Positions 1 to 10,148 of a stretch of DNA of 64,000 nt are shown here, in pieces. Where the stretch lies: NCBI GenBank assembly GCA_963803805.1, contig CAWDOD010000003.1, positions 384,001-448,000 on the forward strand, written 5' to 3'. Within the stretch, counting starts at the first letter, position 1. Each line of letters begins with the position of its first letter. Source of the stretch: an uncultured cyanobacterium. GTDB taxonomy: Bacteria; Cyanobacteriota; Cyanobacteriia; Cyanobacteriales; CAWCAG01. The notes beneath the pieces were generated by a model. That model was not told the DNA's origin. It saw nothing but the letters and a program-made list of their open reading frames with translations, and searched no databases. Both the position numbers and the translations under genes were made by a program.

Positions 1-179
1 GGAACTAAAGTATATTTAACTGAATCATTAAGGGAAACTTAACTTGAAGGATTACCAAACCTAAGTTATTGGTTGCATTTAACACTTAAGGTCAAATCCC
101 TTATAGTATCTGTTTATCGAGTGTATCTAAACCACTACTAATAGAAACAAGAGTATCAATTTTATAGTTAAGCGATTCC

Positions 180-1752
180 ATGAAATCACCTGCAAAAACC
201 CTACTTGTAAAATCTCAATCTGGAAGAAAACGCACTTTAAACTCTTTGGTAACAGGGTTGGTGACTATAAGTGGTTTGTTAACCCAATGTCTTTTTAGTG
301 TTCCAGTTAGCGCTCAAACCAGAGAATATTGTCGCTTTAATGCCCAAGCAGTTACTGAGAAGGAAAACCTTCGCCAAGCTTGGGTTAAAGGAGAGACAAA
401 CGCAGAAGCAAATTATCAAAATATGGTCATCAAGCATGGGGATCTTTTAAACCTATGTCGTTCTCGCAATTGGCCAAGATCCCAAGGAATTTGGTTACGT
501 CTCTATCCCTGCGATGCGAAATCAGGAGTTTTGGAGCAAACCTTAGACCGTATTGTTAATTTAGGCTACAACGAAGTTTATATAGAAACCTTTGGTAATA
601 GTCAAGTTCTTTTACCTGCGGCTGATAACCCAACTCCTTGGCTTTCGATGTTACGGAGTCCTGGGGACGAGAATCGAGATTTATTAGCTGAGGTGATTGA
701 GAAAGGGCGTAAAAGGGGGTTAAAGGTTAATGCCTGGATGTTCTCGATGAACTTTGGTTATGCCTATGGCCAAAGTCCCCAGACAAATAGTACCTTAGCT
801 TTAAATGGTCAGGGAGATAATAGTTTGGCTTTTGATGTGGGGCATTCAGAAGCTTTTATTGATCCGTACAATTCCCAAGCCCAGCAACAGTATAGCCAGT
901 TGGTGCGGGAAGTGGCCAAAAGGAAGCCTGATGAAATCATGTTTGATTATATTCGCTATCCCCGTGGTACAGGGGCAGCTTCTGTGGCTAGCAAAGTAAA
1001 AGATTTGTGGATTTATAGTGATGCTTCACGGGAAACTTTGTTGCGGCGATCGCTTAATAATCGCGGTAAGTTATTAATTGAGAGATATCTAGCTCAAGGC
1101 TCTCTTAAAACGCAAGATTTCCAGGATATGGTTCGTTTATATCCTGATGAAAGGGCCTCCTCTTTGGCAAGGGCGTACACCTACCCCCCAAGAACAAACC
1201 CAGTTAGACAAGCAATCAACAGATCCTGCCCAAACTACTAAATTAGTTAACTCTATTTATGATGGGGCATTACGTAATAAGATCCAACAAGAATTATGGA
1301 ATCTTAGTGTTGCCCATGCTGCCCAAGGGGTAATTGATTTTCTTTCCTTAGCATCTCGCATTTCTGAAAGTCAAGGTATTCCTGCGGGGGCTGTCTTTTT
1401 CCCCTATGGTAATCGAGGGGTAGGGCAACAAGGATATGATTCTCGCCTCCAACCTTGGGATCAATTCCCTGATACGATCAGATTGCATCCTATGTCTTAC
1501 GCTGTTTGCAACGAAGCTAATTGTATTGTAGATGAGGTTGAATGGGTGATGAAAGGAGCTAAAAATAAAACCAATAAGGTTATGCCCGTTTTAGCAGGGG
1601 TTTGGGGGGCTTCCCATACAGGTCGTCCTTCCTTAGAGATTCAAATGGCAGCACTACAGCAAGAATTTCCTCAAATTAATGCTGTGAGCCATTTTGCTTT
1701 TTCTTGGCAAGAACCTGAGTATACTGCGGCTCGTAAGCGTTGCCAAATTTAA
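180..1752 (+). CDS. GHL10/DUF187-like (family 10-like) glycoside hydrolase, exported; split by a +1 frameshift near 1150-1155
   Basis: ORFs 180..1241 and 1147..1752 join as ...YPDE|GPPLWQGR. N-terminal signal-like segment and GIWLRLYPCD, GYNEVYIETF and FDYIRYP motifs. Span is 1573 nt = 3n+1. Confidence 0.7.
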
Positions 1753-1820
1753 GTTGGTTTATTTGATGACTTAGTGTCGGCATTTTGTTACTATATCAAT
1801 GACTTAGTTACAAAATGCCT

Positions 1821-1901
1821 GCGGACGTGGCGGAATTGGTAGACGCGCTAGATTTAGGTTCTAGTGTCTTTGATGTGAGAGTTCGAGTCTCTCCGTCCGC
1901 A
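1821..1901 (+). tRNA. trnL: tRNA-Leu (anticodon TAG)
   Basis: GCGGACG/CGTCCGC acceptor stem, GGAATTGGTAGAC D-loop, CTAGA-TTTAGGT-TCTAG anticodon arm, long variable arm, GTTCGAGT T-loop; CCA not encoded. Confidence 0.96.
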
Positions 1902-1921
1902 TATTAAAGTTAAGCTGTTAT

Positions 1922-1954
1922 AAAAAGACTGCCACTCAACAAAGAATAGCAGTC
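1922..1954 (-). terminator. Intrinsic terminator on the minus strand
   Basis: Minus strand GACTGCTATTC-loop-GAGTGGCAGTC followed by TTTTT (pairing uses G-U). Confidence 0.65.
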
Positions 1955-2045
1955 ACTCAACCAAGGTGTTTGCGATAATGTACGGTTTATCTCTTACTAC
2001 GGAGAAAAGCTATCAACCGAAAAGCTTTCAACCTTTATGACCAAA
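1922..2045 (-). ncRNA. Candidate small RNA (possibly PsrR1/SyR1-like; 5' end approximate)
   Basis: ORF-free minus-strand segment with a 5' hairpin (2004-2029), a single-stranded ACACCTTGGTTGAGT stretch and a terminator with no upstream CDS. Family assignment is from memory and unverified. Confidence 0.4.
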
Positions 2046-2477
2046 TTAATTAATTAACTGGTGATAAAAATTGCTGCGCTTTTGGGAATAATCAATGAGA
2101 TGCTGGGAGTTGGATTTGGGGGAAAGGGTTGAGCATCTCATTTCTCCCGCCAGCAGCAAAGAGTTTTTTCTTTGCCATATATACATTAATCAAAAATCGG
2201 CCTTGTGAGTGTGAGCTTAGAAGGGAGCTTTAGTGATCAAGAAAACTACGATATTGTGACTGAAATTACTGATTTTCCGTCTATTAGGTTGTATTGGCTG
2301 CTTTTCGAGTATTTTCTCTTACATACGGTCTATTATAGCTGTTTTCAGCGTGTTTTCCCTTACAAAACACTATATCATTGAGAAAAAAGCGCCGTTCGGG
2401 AATAAAAGTTCGAGAATTCCGTCATCTACTACTGAACAGATTTTATTCCCGACTAGTGGTTTTAGCTGAAATATTTC

Positions 2478-3128
2478 ATGACTCGTGTATCTAGTTTAAT
2501 TTCTCAAGGTGGCCCAATTATGTGGCCTTTTCTTGCTTTATCGGTAATCACTGTAGCTTGTGCCATTGAACGTGGTTGGTTTTGGTTACGACTGTTAACT
2601 CAAGAAAATCGCATCGTTACAGAAGTACTTGAAGCCGCCAGTTACGATCTCGATAAGGCGGCGGAAATTGCTAAATTAGCCCAAAAATTACCCATTGGGC
2701 GCTTTTTGATTGCACCTTTAAAGTTGAAAAAGCCTACTCCGGAAACCTTTCGTTTAGCTATGGAAGCAGCAGGCGATCGCGAGTTTATAAAGATGCGGGC
2801 AGGAGATAAAATCTTAGAAACTATTGTTGCGGTATCTCCTTTGTTAGGCTTGTTGGGTACGGTGACAGGGTTGATTAGTACTTTTAATAACCTGAACATC
2901 GGCAGTGGTGGTTCCACAGAAGAATCTGCTGGGGTAGCCCAAGGTATTGGCGAGGCTCTTCTAACCACTGCTACGGGTATGATAGTAGCAATTATGGCTT
3001 TGTTAATATTTCGTACCTTAGTAGCTTTGCAATCTCAGCAAATGGACTATTTTTATGAGGTAGGAAGCGAATTAGAATTAATTTATCGTCAGGTTTGGTA
3101 TGAACCTTCTCTGTTGGATGATCGCTAA
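2478..3128 (+). CDS. exbB: MotA/TolQ/ExbB proton channel family protein
   Basis: GGPIMWP N-terminal TM, PLLGLLGTVTGLI and GIGEALLTTATG motifs. Confidence 0.88.
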   Translation: MTRVSSLISQGGPIMWPFLALSVITVACAIERGWFWLRLLTQENRIVTEVLEAASYDLDKAAEIAKLAQKLPIGRFLIAPLKLKKPTPETFRLAMEAAGDREFIKMRAGDKILETIVAVSPLLGLLGTVTGLISTFNNLNIGSGGSTEESAGVAQGIGEALLTTATGMIVAIMALLIFRTLVALQSQQMDYFYEVGSELELIYRQVWYEPSLLDDR

Positions 3129-3209
3129 TTACTTTAGGCAGTGGTAATTAGAAGTGATTATTACTTACGATACCAGAGAGGAATGATAAATGTTTAGTGA
3201 TAAATGACA

Positions 3210-6200
3210 TTACCTAACTTCCACAACCTCTTTGAGTTTAATTGGCAAATCAAGATCCCGATATTGCTTCTTAATCTTTAACATTGTCTCTATGGCTTTC
3301 GCCTTATCTTTAATCACTACTGTTAATGACTGCCTAGTAAGAATTTTAGCCACAATCGTAGCTGCTTGTTTGCTTTTTTGCGCTTCTGTGGCTAGGAAAT
3401 TAAAAATACGTTCTTTGGCAACTTTGCCGCAATTAACACCAGATAAAACTGTAATAAAATAGGGGGATAATTCCTCCAACCTTTCTGGATTATCCTTGGC
3501 ATAATTTGCTAAATAATTAGTAGTGAACTTTTGCATATCCTGACTAGGATGTTCGCTAAATTTAAGTAGATATTGATAGCCATAATTCGGTTGGAAATAG
3601 CGACTTAGTAAATCCCTACCAAACCGCCGCGCTTTTTCATTGGTACTATCACAAACACTCACCATAACATCTGGTGTCCAATCTTCTTCTCTAAAATCCC
3701 CAAAAACCTGCAAAGCAAACTGCCGTGAGTCTTCCCACTTCGCTTCTAACAAACGCACTGCCACTAACATTTCTTCTGGATTACTGCGAATGCGGGATAA
3801 ACTGGCACTAAACATTTCCCAAGCAGCTTGCCGCACTGCTAAAATTTCATGGTTAGCAAGTTGGACAATTTCCCTAGTACTAAATTCACTCAAGAAGCGG
3901 AGGTAATTTTCTTGCAACAAAATCCCTCCTAACTCTTGTACTACAGAGGACTTGCTGCGTAGTAGTTCCATGGTTTGAGAGTGAGTAATGCTACTTTGCC
4001 AATAGGGAATCTCTTGTTGCAACAGGTTGACTAAATCTTTGTGTATCCCTTCATGGCTTTCCGGTTCCACTAATAAATCAAGGAAATCTGTAGCCAACTG
4101 CCAAGCGAAATCTCTCTGTCCGGCAGTTATACGCCTAAGGATAGGACGAATAATATTGCGGATATCAGAATTAGCATTAACTGCCATCGCTACTAGGAAG
4201 AGGCGATCGCCCCTTAAGATTTCATCTGGTAATTGCCCAAATAACCTGACGCCGATTGTTCTTACTTGTTCATAGGTAGAAGCGAGGAGAGACTCTAATA
4301 AATGAGGAGGCAAGTCTGCTGGGGCAATTTGATGATGTAAAAGAATTGTTGCCCCCACAACCTGTACTTCTATTAACGGAGAGGCAAGTAAGTCTTCAAT
4401 GACACCAAAACCAAGGTTACGCAGTTGTAAAGTGAAGCTGGTTAGTAAGATTTCACCAATATCCTGCGCCATCTCCCCTTGTTCTGGAGACAATGCTAAC
4501 AAGGTAGCAATAACTTGAGCAATTAGAATTTTAGCATTGGTATCACTTAATGTTGCTGCATTTAATAAACGGCGGGCAAAATTTCGGCTGTCGGAGTATG
4601 AACTAGTAATTAAACTGACAAGAAAACCATCCGCTAATAAAAAGTATTCTCTTTGGGCTTCAATCCATTGATAGCCTTGTTCCCTAGCGGCTTGAGAAGG
4701 ACAATTAACTACAGCTAATACTAACTCTAAGTTAGGTTCTTCTGGGTTATAGCGATCGCGGATTAAGGCAAAGGCTAGTTGGATAGTAGCCGAGTAAGGT
4801 TTGTTGATTAAGGTAATTAAGGTTGCTGTATCGAGTTCCCCACAAAAGTCACTGCAACACTGCAACGCTTTTGTAGCAAAATCATGTACTGGAGTACAAT
4901 TACTTTGTAACAGCAATCGCAATAATACTTCCGGTTGTTGTTCCCATAATTGCGGGAATGCCTCCTCCCTCACTTCTGGTACAGGATCACCTGGTTTATA
5001 CCCTTCCTGACATCGCCAAGCTTTAGAATTACTTATCAAAACGTAGCGGGGGCTATTGGTATAGAGGATATGGTTGAAAGTTAAGTAGCCAGCAAAAGTA
5101 TCCCAATCGCTTGTATAACTATGATAAGTTTGATTAACAATATCCCAACGATAACGAGTTCCCTTCTTAACTTCCTGACGATCTGCATCACTATATTGCA
5201 ACAATACCTCTGCTGCTAAAGGAACATAATCTGTTTCCCCCTCATTCCCCAAACGTCGTAAGGTTCGCCAAACCCGCCGTTGCAAATACTCACGGGTGGC
5301 ACTGCTATAAGCAATTCTAGCATCGGGACGCTGCATTTCCTCTTGGAAAGGACTTTGTTCAAGTTCTTCATAACTACGAGTTTCACGATTGTACAGCCTA
5401 TTCCTTTTATTCAAATAACCAATATTTTTATGGTAAACTCCCCAGCTTTTGCTACGATACATTGCTTTTTCTGTTTCCAAGCGATGGGCAATAATTGCTA
5501 AAGCTTCCCCATCACGGCGATATTCAGCCATCTTGAAAATATGGCGAATGCTACGAAAATAGTTAGGAACAAAGTTAGCTGTACTTACAATATGGAGTAA
5601 AGCAGGGCGTACAGACTCATTATCAACTTGATAAATGGTATCAATTACCGGAAAATTCTCATAATTACCATCATGTAAATACTCCTCAAGCCTTTGCTGA
5701 AAGTCTGTTGCAGAACCACCACTCGCTACTTGAAACAAGGATATTGGCAAATCTCGTAACTTAGCTTGTCTCATTTCCGTTCGAGAATCGGCATCCGACA
5801 ACTTATAAGCAGCTTCCCAAGCAATACGTCGGACAAACTCTGGTTGAGACTCACTTTGGCATAACTCTCGCAACACCGGAATTGTAGTTTCATCACCACA
5901 CCAACCCAAACTCCAAGCAATGCAGTAATCCCGCAAAGGTTCCCCTGTTCCCAAAAGAGAAATCAATAAAGGTGTTGCTGCTGTAATTTTCAGTTCCCCA
6001 GCCCGCCAAATCACCCGATCTAAAGGCCATTTTTTATCATCACTACCGTTAGCTAAGGAAGTTAAAATAGCTTGGTTACGCGACTCTTTGCTTATAGGTT
6101 TAAGTTCCCGCCTACTTTGCTGTTGACTAACCTCTTTATATCCCTTCTTCGTCTTCGAGGTAACTAACTTCGTAAAAGTTTGTTCTGCTTTCGCTAAAGT

Positions 6201-6365
6201 TACAGATTCTGAGGTTTTGGTTCCCTCCTTTAAATTTCCACCACGCTTGCCGTAGCGAAAGTTAACTAAGTAGCGATCTTCCCCCACATAGCATAAATCG
6301 ACTTCGTAAACTTTGTCGGAATTTTCTGCTTGGTAGTGGAGTGTAGTGCGTTTAATTAGTTCCAT
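3210..6365 (-). CDS. WGR-domain protein with long HEAT/ARM-repeat body (1051 aa)
   Basis: N-terminal SDKVYEV...FRYGKRG...KTKKGY WGR pattern, followed by helical repeats (e.g. AWSLGWCGDETTIPVL). Confidence 0.8.
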   Translation of the reverse strand: MELIKRTTLHYQAENSDKVYEVDLCYVGEDRYLVNFRYGKRGGNLKEGTKTSESVTLAKAEQTFTKLVTSKTKKGYKEVSQQQSRRELKPISKESRNQAILTSLANGSDDKKWPLDRVIWRAGELKITAATPLLISLLGTGEPLRDYCIAWSLGWCGDETTIPVLRELCQSESQPEFVRRIAWEAAYKLSDADSRTEMRQAKLRDLPISLFQVASGGSATDFQQRLEEYLHDGNYENFPVIDTIYQVDNESVRPALLHIVSTANFVPNYFRSIRHIFKMAEYRRDGEALAIIAHRLETEKAMYRSKSWGVYHKNIGYLNKRNRLYNRETRSYEELEQSPFQEEMQRPDARIAYSSATREYLQRRVWRTLRRLGNEGETDYVPLAAEVLLQYSDADRQEVKKGTRYRWDIVNQTYHSYTSDWDTFAGYLTFNHILYTNSPRYVLISNSKAWRCQEGYKPGDPVPEVREEAFPQLWEQQPEVLLRLLLQSNCTPVHDFATKALQCCSDFCGELDTATLITLINKPYSATIQLAFALIRDRYNPEEPNLELVLAVVNCPSQAAREQGYQWIEAQREYFLLADGFLVSLITSSYSDSRNFARRLLNAATLSDTNAKILIAQVIATLLALSPEQGEMAQDIGEILLTSFTLQLRNLGFGVIEDLLASPLIEVQVVGATILLHHQIAPADLPPHLLESLLASTYEQVRTIGVRLFGQLPDEILRGDRLFLVAMAVNANSDIRNIIRPILRRITAGQRDFAWQLATDFLDLLVEPESHEGIHKDLVNLLQQEIPYWQSSITHSQTMELLRSKSSVVQELGGILLQENYLRFLSEFSTREIVQLANHEILAVRQAAWEMFSASLSRIRSNPEEMLVAVRLLEAKWEDSRQFALQVFGDFREEDWTPDVMVSVCDSTNEKARRFGRDLLSRYFQPNYGYQYLLKFSEHPSQDMQKFTTNYLANYAKDNPERLEELSPYFITVLSGVNCGKVAKERIFNFLATEAQKSKQAATIVAKILTRQSLTVVIKDKAKAIETMLKIKKQYRDLDLPIKLKEVVEVR

Positions 6366-6465
6366 AACCGGTTTGTCAATAATCAGTTATCAATGTACGG
6401 CAAGCTGTTGATGTTGGCATCAACGATTAGTTGTTACTCTTATTTTTCGATGGTGACATGACTAA

Positions 6466-6540
6466 GAGAACTCCAATAAATAAAATATCCTCACCAAGTA
6501 TAAGATTTTAGCAACTAGCGACTAGCGACTAGCTAATAGC
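6466..6540. repeat. Dispersed ~75-nt repeat, copy 1 (inverted copy at 30841-30922)
   Basis: 54-nt core matches the reverse complement of the 30.9-kb copy at 53/54 positions, then runs into a GC(A/G)ACTA heptamer array. Confidence 0.9.
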
Positions 6541-6752
6541 TCTCTCTAAGTAGTTTGTCTAGCACTAATGTACTATAGGAATGGTTGTTCGCCTAGTTTT
6601 TGATTTAAGTTTCTTAAACTTCCTGTTACTCCCTTTCTCCATTTCCAAATTTAGGCGAAATTTTAGCAACTTTCTCTGTAGAAAAATACTCTTGAGTAGT
6701 GGGAAGGATTAACTACCAGAACTAGCCATCATTACAACCTCAAAATTCTTTT

Positions 6753-7757
6753 ATGACTTTGACAAAAGAGACTATCAATTTAGTACAGAATCACCAATCT
6801 AATTTAGCAGTTGCCTATAGCGACATTGAAGCAGCAGCAAAAAACGGTTGTGGAGTTGTGCATCGAACTCCTGTAGTTACTTCCACCACTATAAACAAAA
6901 AAACCGATAGTCAGGTTTTTTTCAAGTGTGAAAACTTCCAACGTGCAGGTTCTTTTAAATTTCGTGGTGCTTACAATTCCTTATCTGGGCTATCCTCCAG
7001 TCAAAAGCAACGGGGAGTAATTGCTTACTCTTCAGGGAATCATGCCCAAGCGATCGCCTTAGCTGGTAAACTCTTAAATATTCCCTGTACCATTGTCATG
7101 CCCAACAATGCACCGGATGTCAAAATTGCAGCTACTCGCGGTTATGGTGCAGAAGTAATTCTCTACGATCCAACCACAACAGATAGGGAGAAATTCACCC
7201 AAGGAATCTCCTCAGAGAAGGGTTTGAAGATTATTCCTCCTTATAACTATGCACCCACAGTAGCAGGACAAGGAACAGCCGCTAAAGAACTAATTGAGGA
7301 AGTCGGAGAATTAGACTTATTGTTAGTCCCCTGTGGTGGTGGAGGCTTATTATCTGGTTGTGCGATCGCCGCCAAGACTCTCTCTCCCCAATGTCGAATT
7401 ATTGGTGTAGAACCCAAGCAAGCTGATGATGCTACCCGTTCTTTTCATACGGGGGTTCTGCACAAAGTTAATAACCCTGATACCATTGCTGATGGGGCAA
7501 GAACTCCTTGTTTAGGAGAGATCAACTTTCCTTTAGTACTGCATTATGTAGATGATATGGTGACTGTTTCAGAAGAAGCAATCATGACGACAATGTTCTT
7601 CCTGTGGGAGCGCTTAAAAATTGTTGTAGAACCTACAGGTTCCCTTGCAGCAGCAGCTTTACTTCAAGGAGTTGTAACCTATCCCAAAGCAAAAATTGGC
7701 GTCATTATCAGTGGTGGTAATGTATCTTTGTCTAGTATGAGGGAGTGGGGTAAGTAA
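6753..7757 (+). CDS. PLP-dependent serine/threonine dehydratase (threo-3-hydroxyaspartate ammonia-lyase-like)
   Basis: KCENFQRAGSFKFRGA, SSGNHAQ, PCGGGGL and SGGN motifs; no ACT domain. Confidence 0.88.
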   Translation: MTLTKETINLVQNHQSNLAVAYSDIEAAAKNGCGVVHRTPVVTSTTINKKTDSQVFFKCENFQRAGSFKFRGAYNSLSGLSSSQKQRGVIAYSSGNHAQAIALAGKLLNIPCTIVMPNNAPDVKIAATRGYGAEVILYDPTTTDREKFTQGISSEKGLKIIPPYNYAPTVAGQGTAAKELIEEVGELDLLLVPCGGGGLLSGCAIAAKTLSPQCRIIGVEPKQADDATRSFHTGVLHKVNNPDTIADGARTPCLGEINFPLVLHYVDDMVTVSEEAIMTTMFFLWERLKIVVEPTGSLAAAALLQGVVTYPKAKIGVIISGGNVSLSSMREWGK

Positions 7758-7847
7758 TAAGTAATAAGTAATAAGTTTTGAATCTACTCGAACTTTATGG
7801 CAACGGAGTTCGTGAACCCATTACCCATTACCCATTACCCATTACCC
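7751..7847. repeat. Heptamer tandem repeats (TAAGTAA and CCCATTA) flanking a short hairpin between convergent genes
   Basis: TAAGTAA x~3.5 at 7751-7776, CGAACT...AGTTCG at 7789-7812, CCCATTA x4 at 7817-7844. Confidence 0.85.
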
Positions 7848-7858
7848 CTCAATCTCCC

Positions 7859-9025
7859 TTAGATTTCTTGCCCTAAGAGATCCTCAATCGCCTTACGTTC
7901 TTGTGGTTCGTCTGTGGGTAAACTTTGGCGAGTGTCGGTAATTAACCAATCTAAGGCTGCTGCACGGACATCAATTGCTGTACCTGTCTTATCAACGCAA
8001 TAACGTCCAAATACCAGCTTATCAACTAACCGTACCCCAGGCCCTAAACGGGAGTATTCAAAAATAACACTCTTGTCTACCGTTGCCCCCTTGCAAACCC
8101 AACAATTGGGACCAATCATAGTAGGGCCAATAATCTTAGCACCATCTTCAATTTTAGTCATACCACCAATATAAACTGGCCCTGTAATGTCAACTTTGTC
8201 CCAATTAACTGCCACATTCAAACCTGTAAAAATGCCGGGGGCAACTTCTGTCCCTGGTATATCAACATTTTTGATTTCCCCTTGTAACACTCCTTGAATA
8301 GCATTCCAATAGTCAGGAACTTTACCAATATCCACCCATTCAAAATCCATAGAGACAGCATAAAAAGGGGCATTATTCTCTACCAACTTAGGGAATAATT
8401 CGCCACCAATATCGTACTTTTGATTTGGGGGAATATAATCAATCACCTCTGGTTCAAAAATGTAAATCCCGGTATTAATTTCATTACTTAGTGCTTCTTC
8501 AACCGTCGGCTTTTCTTGGAAAGCTTTAATTTTTCCCTCTTCATCTGTAACCACCACCCCATAACTAGAGACTTGTTCTTTGGGAACTGATTTAGTAACT
8601 ACTGTGGCGATCGCCCCTTTTTCCCGGTGTTTTTTCACAGCAGCAGTAAGATCCAAATCGATTAAAGCATCCCCGCAAAGAACAATGAAAGTATCATCAA
8701 AGAAAGGAGAAAAATCTTGAATGCGTCGCAATCCTCCAGCAGAACCCATCGCTTCCCCAATTAAACGTCCGTCATCGACGATTTTCCCCTCAAAGGAATA
8801 GGCAATATCTACCCCAAAACGCTGTCCATCCCGAAAATAAGCTTCTATACGATCAGCAAGATGGCTAACATTAACCATAACCTGATCAAAGCCATGACTC
8901 CTAAGCAGTTCTAGCAAGAACTCCATCACTGGTTTCTGAAAAATTGGAATCAGTGGTTTGGGAATTGTGTGAGTAATTGGACGCACGCGAGTACCTTTGC
9001 CAGCGGCTAGGATCATGGCTTTCAT
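7859..9025 (-). CDS. cugP: Cyanobacterial UDP-glucose pyrophosphorylase CugP (NDP-sugar pyrophosphorylase family)
   Basis: MKAMILAAGKGTRVRPIT...PKP, GSAGG, FQEKP and WVDIG motifs, C-terminal left-handed beta-helix; 388 aa. Confidence 0.82.
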   Translation of the reverse strand: MKAMILAAGKGTRVRPITHTIPKPLIPIFQKPVMEFLLELLRSHGFDQVMVNVSHLADRIEAYFRDGQRFGVDIAYSFEGKIVDDGRLIGEAMGSAGGLRRIQDFSPFFDDTFIVLCGDALIDLDLTAAVKKHREKGAIATVVTKSVPKEQVSSYGVVVTDEEGKIKAFQEKPTVEEALSNEINTGIYIFEPEVIDYIPPNQKYDIGGELFPKLVENNAPFYAVSMDFEWVDIGKVPDYWNAIQGVLQGEIKNVDIPGTEVAPGIFTGLNVAVNWDKVDITGPVYIGGMTKIEDGAKIIGPTMIGPNCWVCKGATVDKSVIFEYSRLGPGVRLVDKLVFGRYCVDKTGTAIDVRAAALDWLITDTRQSLPTDEPQERKAIEDLLGQEI

Positions 9026-9173
9026 ATTTATTTGTCCCTCAACCCTAAATCAAATTTTGTTTACTGATTTTGTTCAACGTATCTAAGCCTTCATTATGAA
9101 TACTTAGGGTCAAACTATTCTGTTTTAACTCATTTAGATTGATAATGATGGTCTTTTAACCGTTTTGAGCTTA

Positions 9174-9962
9174 TCATCTTAAAGGTTTTATTCTTAAATC
9201 CTGGTAAAATTCATCTTGAGATAACTCTACTTTTGACTGTGCCGAAAGTAAGAGTAAAGCCCAAAAAACCCCTACCTTATCGTGAGTTTTAGAACCATGG
9301 TAAGTATCGTTTCTGCTGGTAGCCTCACTCCACCAATTCAATAATTGCTCCAAGTTTAACCAACTTTGTTCTGGAGAAAGTTGGGGTAATTCAAAAGTTA
9401 AAAATTGTTCTAATTGGCTGGCTACCTCGGTAAGATTCTCATTATGTGCTAGTTGGGTAACAATACGGGTTGCTTCTTGGCGAGAGTGGCGGCGGTTATG
9501 CCCTGAATCTGAAGAGGAGGGAGTTTCTTCTAGGGTGGCAGCTATTTCTTTGATTTGCCCAATCAATTCGTTTAAGGTTACTCTCCTGCGACGCAAAGGA
9601 GGAGCGCTAGGACGGCGACGAATGTGCTTCTCTAGGCGTACAGGTAAACGCCGTTTCCCCTCTACCTCTACTATCTCCTCTTCTAAAAAATCTTCATCTT
9701 CTGGTTCCTCTTCCAGTTTTTGCAGGGTATCAGCTTTGAGGAAAACTAGCATTGATGCCCACAAAAAAGCTTGTCCTGATTGAGGTAAATCAGCTTCTTG
9801 GGTTCCTGGTTCAGAGTTGCCAGGAAGTGTCAATTTACTTAAATAGCGATCAATCACCTCAATCACCTGGACATCCCAAGGATCAATTTCTCCCCGTTGG
9901 GCTAAATCAAGTAAAACTGCGATCGCTCCATCAACACTTTCTGGCATTTTTTCGATGATCAA
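9174..9962 (-). CDS. scpA: Segregation and condensation protein A
   Basis: GEIDPWDVQVIEVID and VGVFWALLLLSAQSKVELSQ motifs. Confidence 0.9.
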   Translation of the reverse strand: MIIEKMPESVDGAIAVLLDLAQRGEIDPWDVQVIEVIDRYLSKLTLPGNSEPGTQEADLPQSGQAFLWASMLVFLKADTLQKLEEEPEDEDFLEEEIVEVEGKRRLPVRLEKHIRRRPSAPPLRRRRVTLNELIGQIKEIAATLEETPSSSDSGHNRRHSRQEATRIVTQLAHNENLTEVASQLEQFLTFELPQLSPEQSWLNLEQLLNWWSEATSRNDTYHGSKTHDKVGVFWALLLLSAQSKVELSQDEFYQDLRIKPLR

Positions 9963-10148
9963 TGATCAAGTATTTGAAACTCTTTATAAAGCTAAAGCTA
10001 GACATAGGGCAAAAATTAAGATGAAATTAATTTGTGACATAACAATTTACTCTTTACACTTCAACAGATAAATTTAAACAAGGGAAAGAGGCAACCTAAT
10101 AACAAATATGGAGAAAAGCTATAATTCCTTTTGACTTACTATACCTAA

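Noticed and set aside
1821-6365. Genomic island integrated at tRNA-Leu
   Set aside because: No integrase next to the tRNA and no duplicated tRNA 3' end noticed in the window.
7751-7847. Tandem repeats as a CRISPR array
   Set aside because: Units are 7 nt with no unique spacers and no cas genes; they are ordinary cyanobacterial STRR-type repeats.
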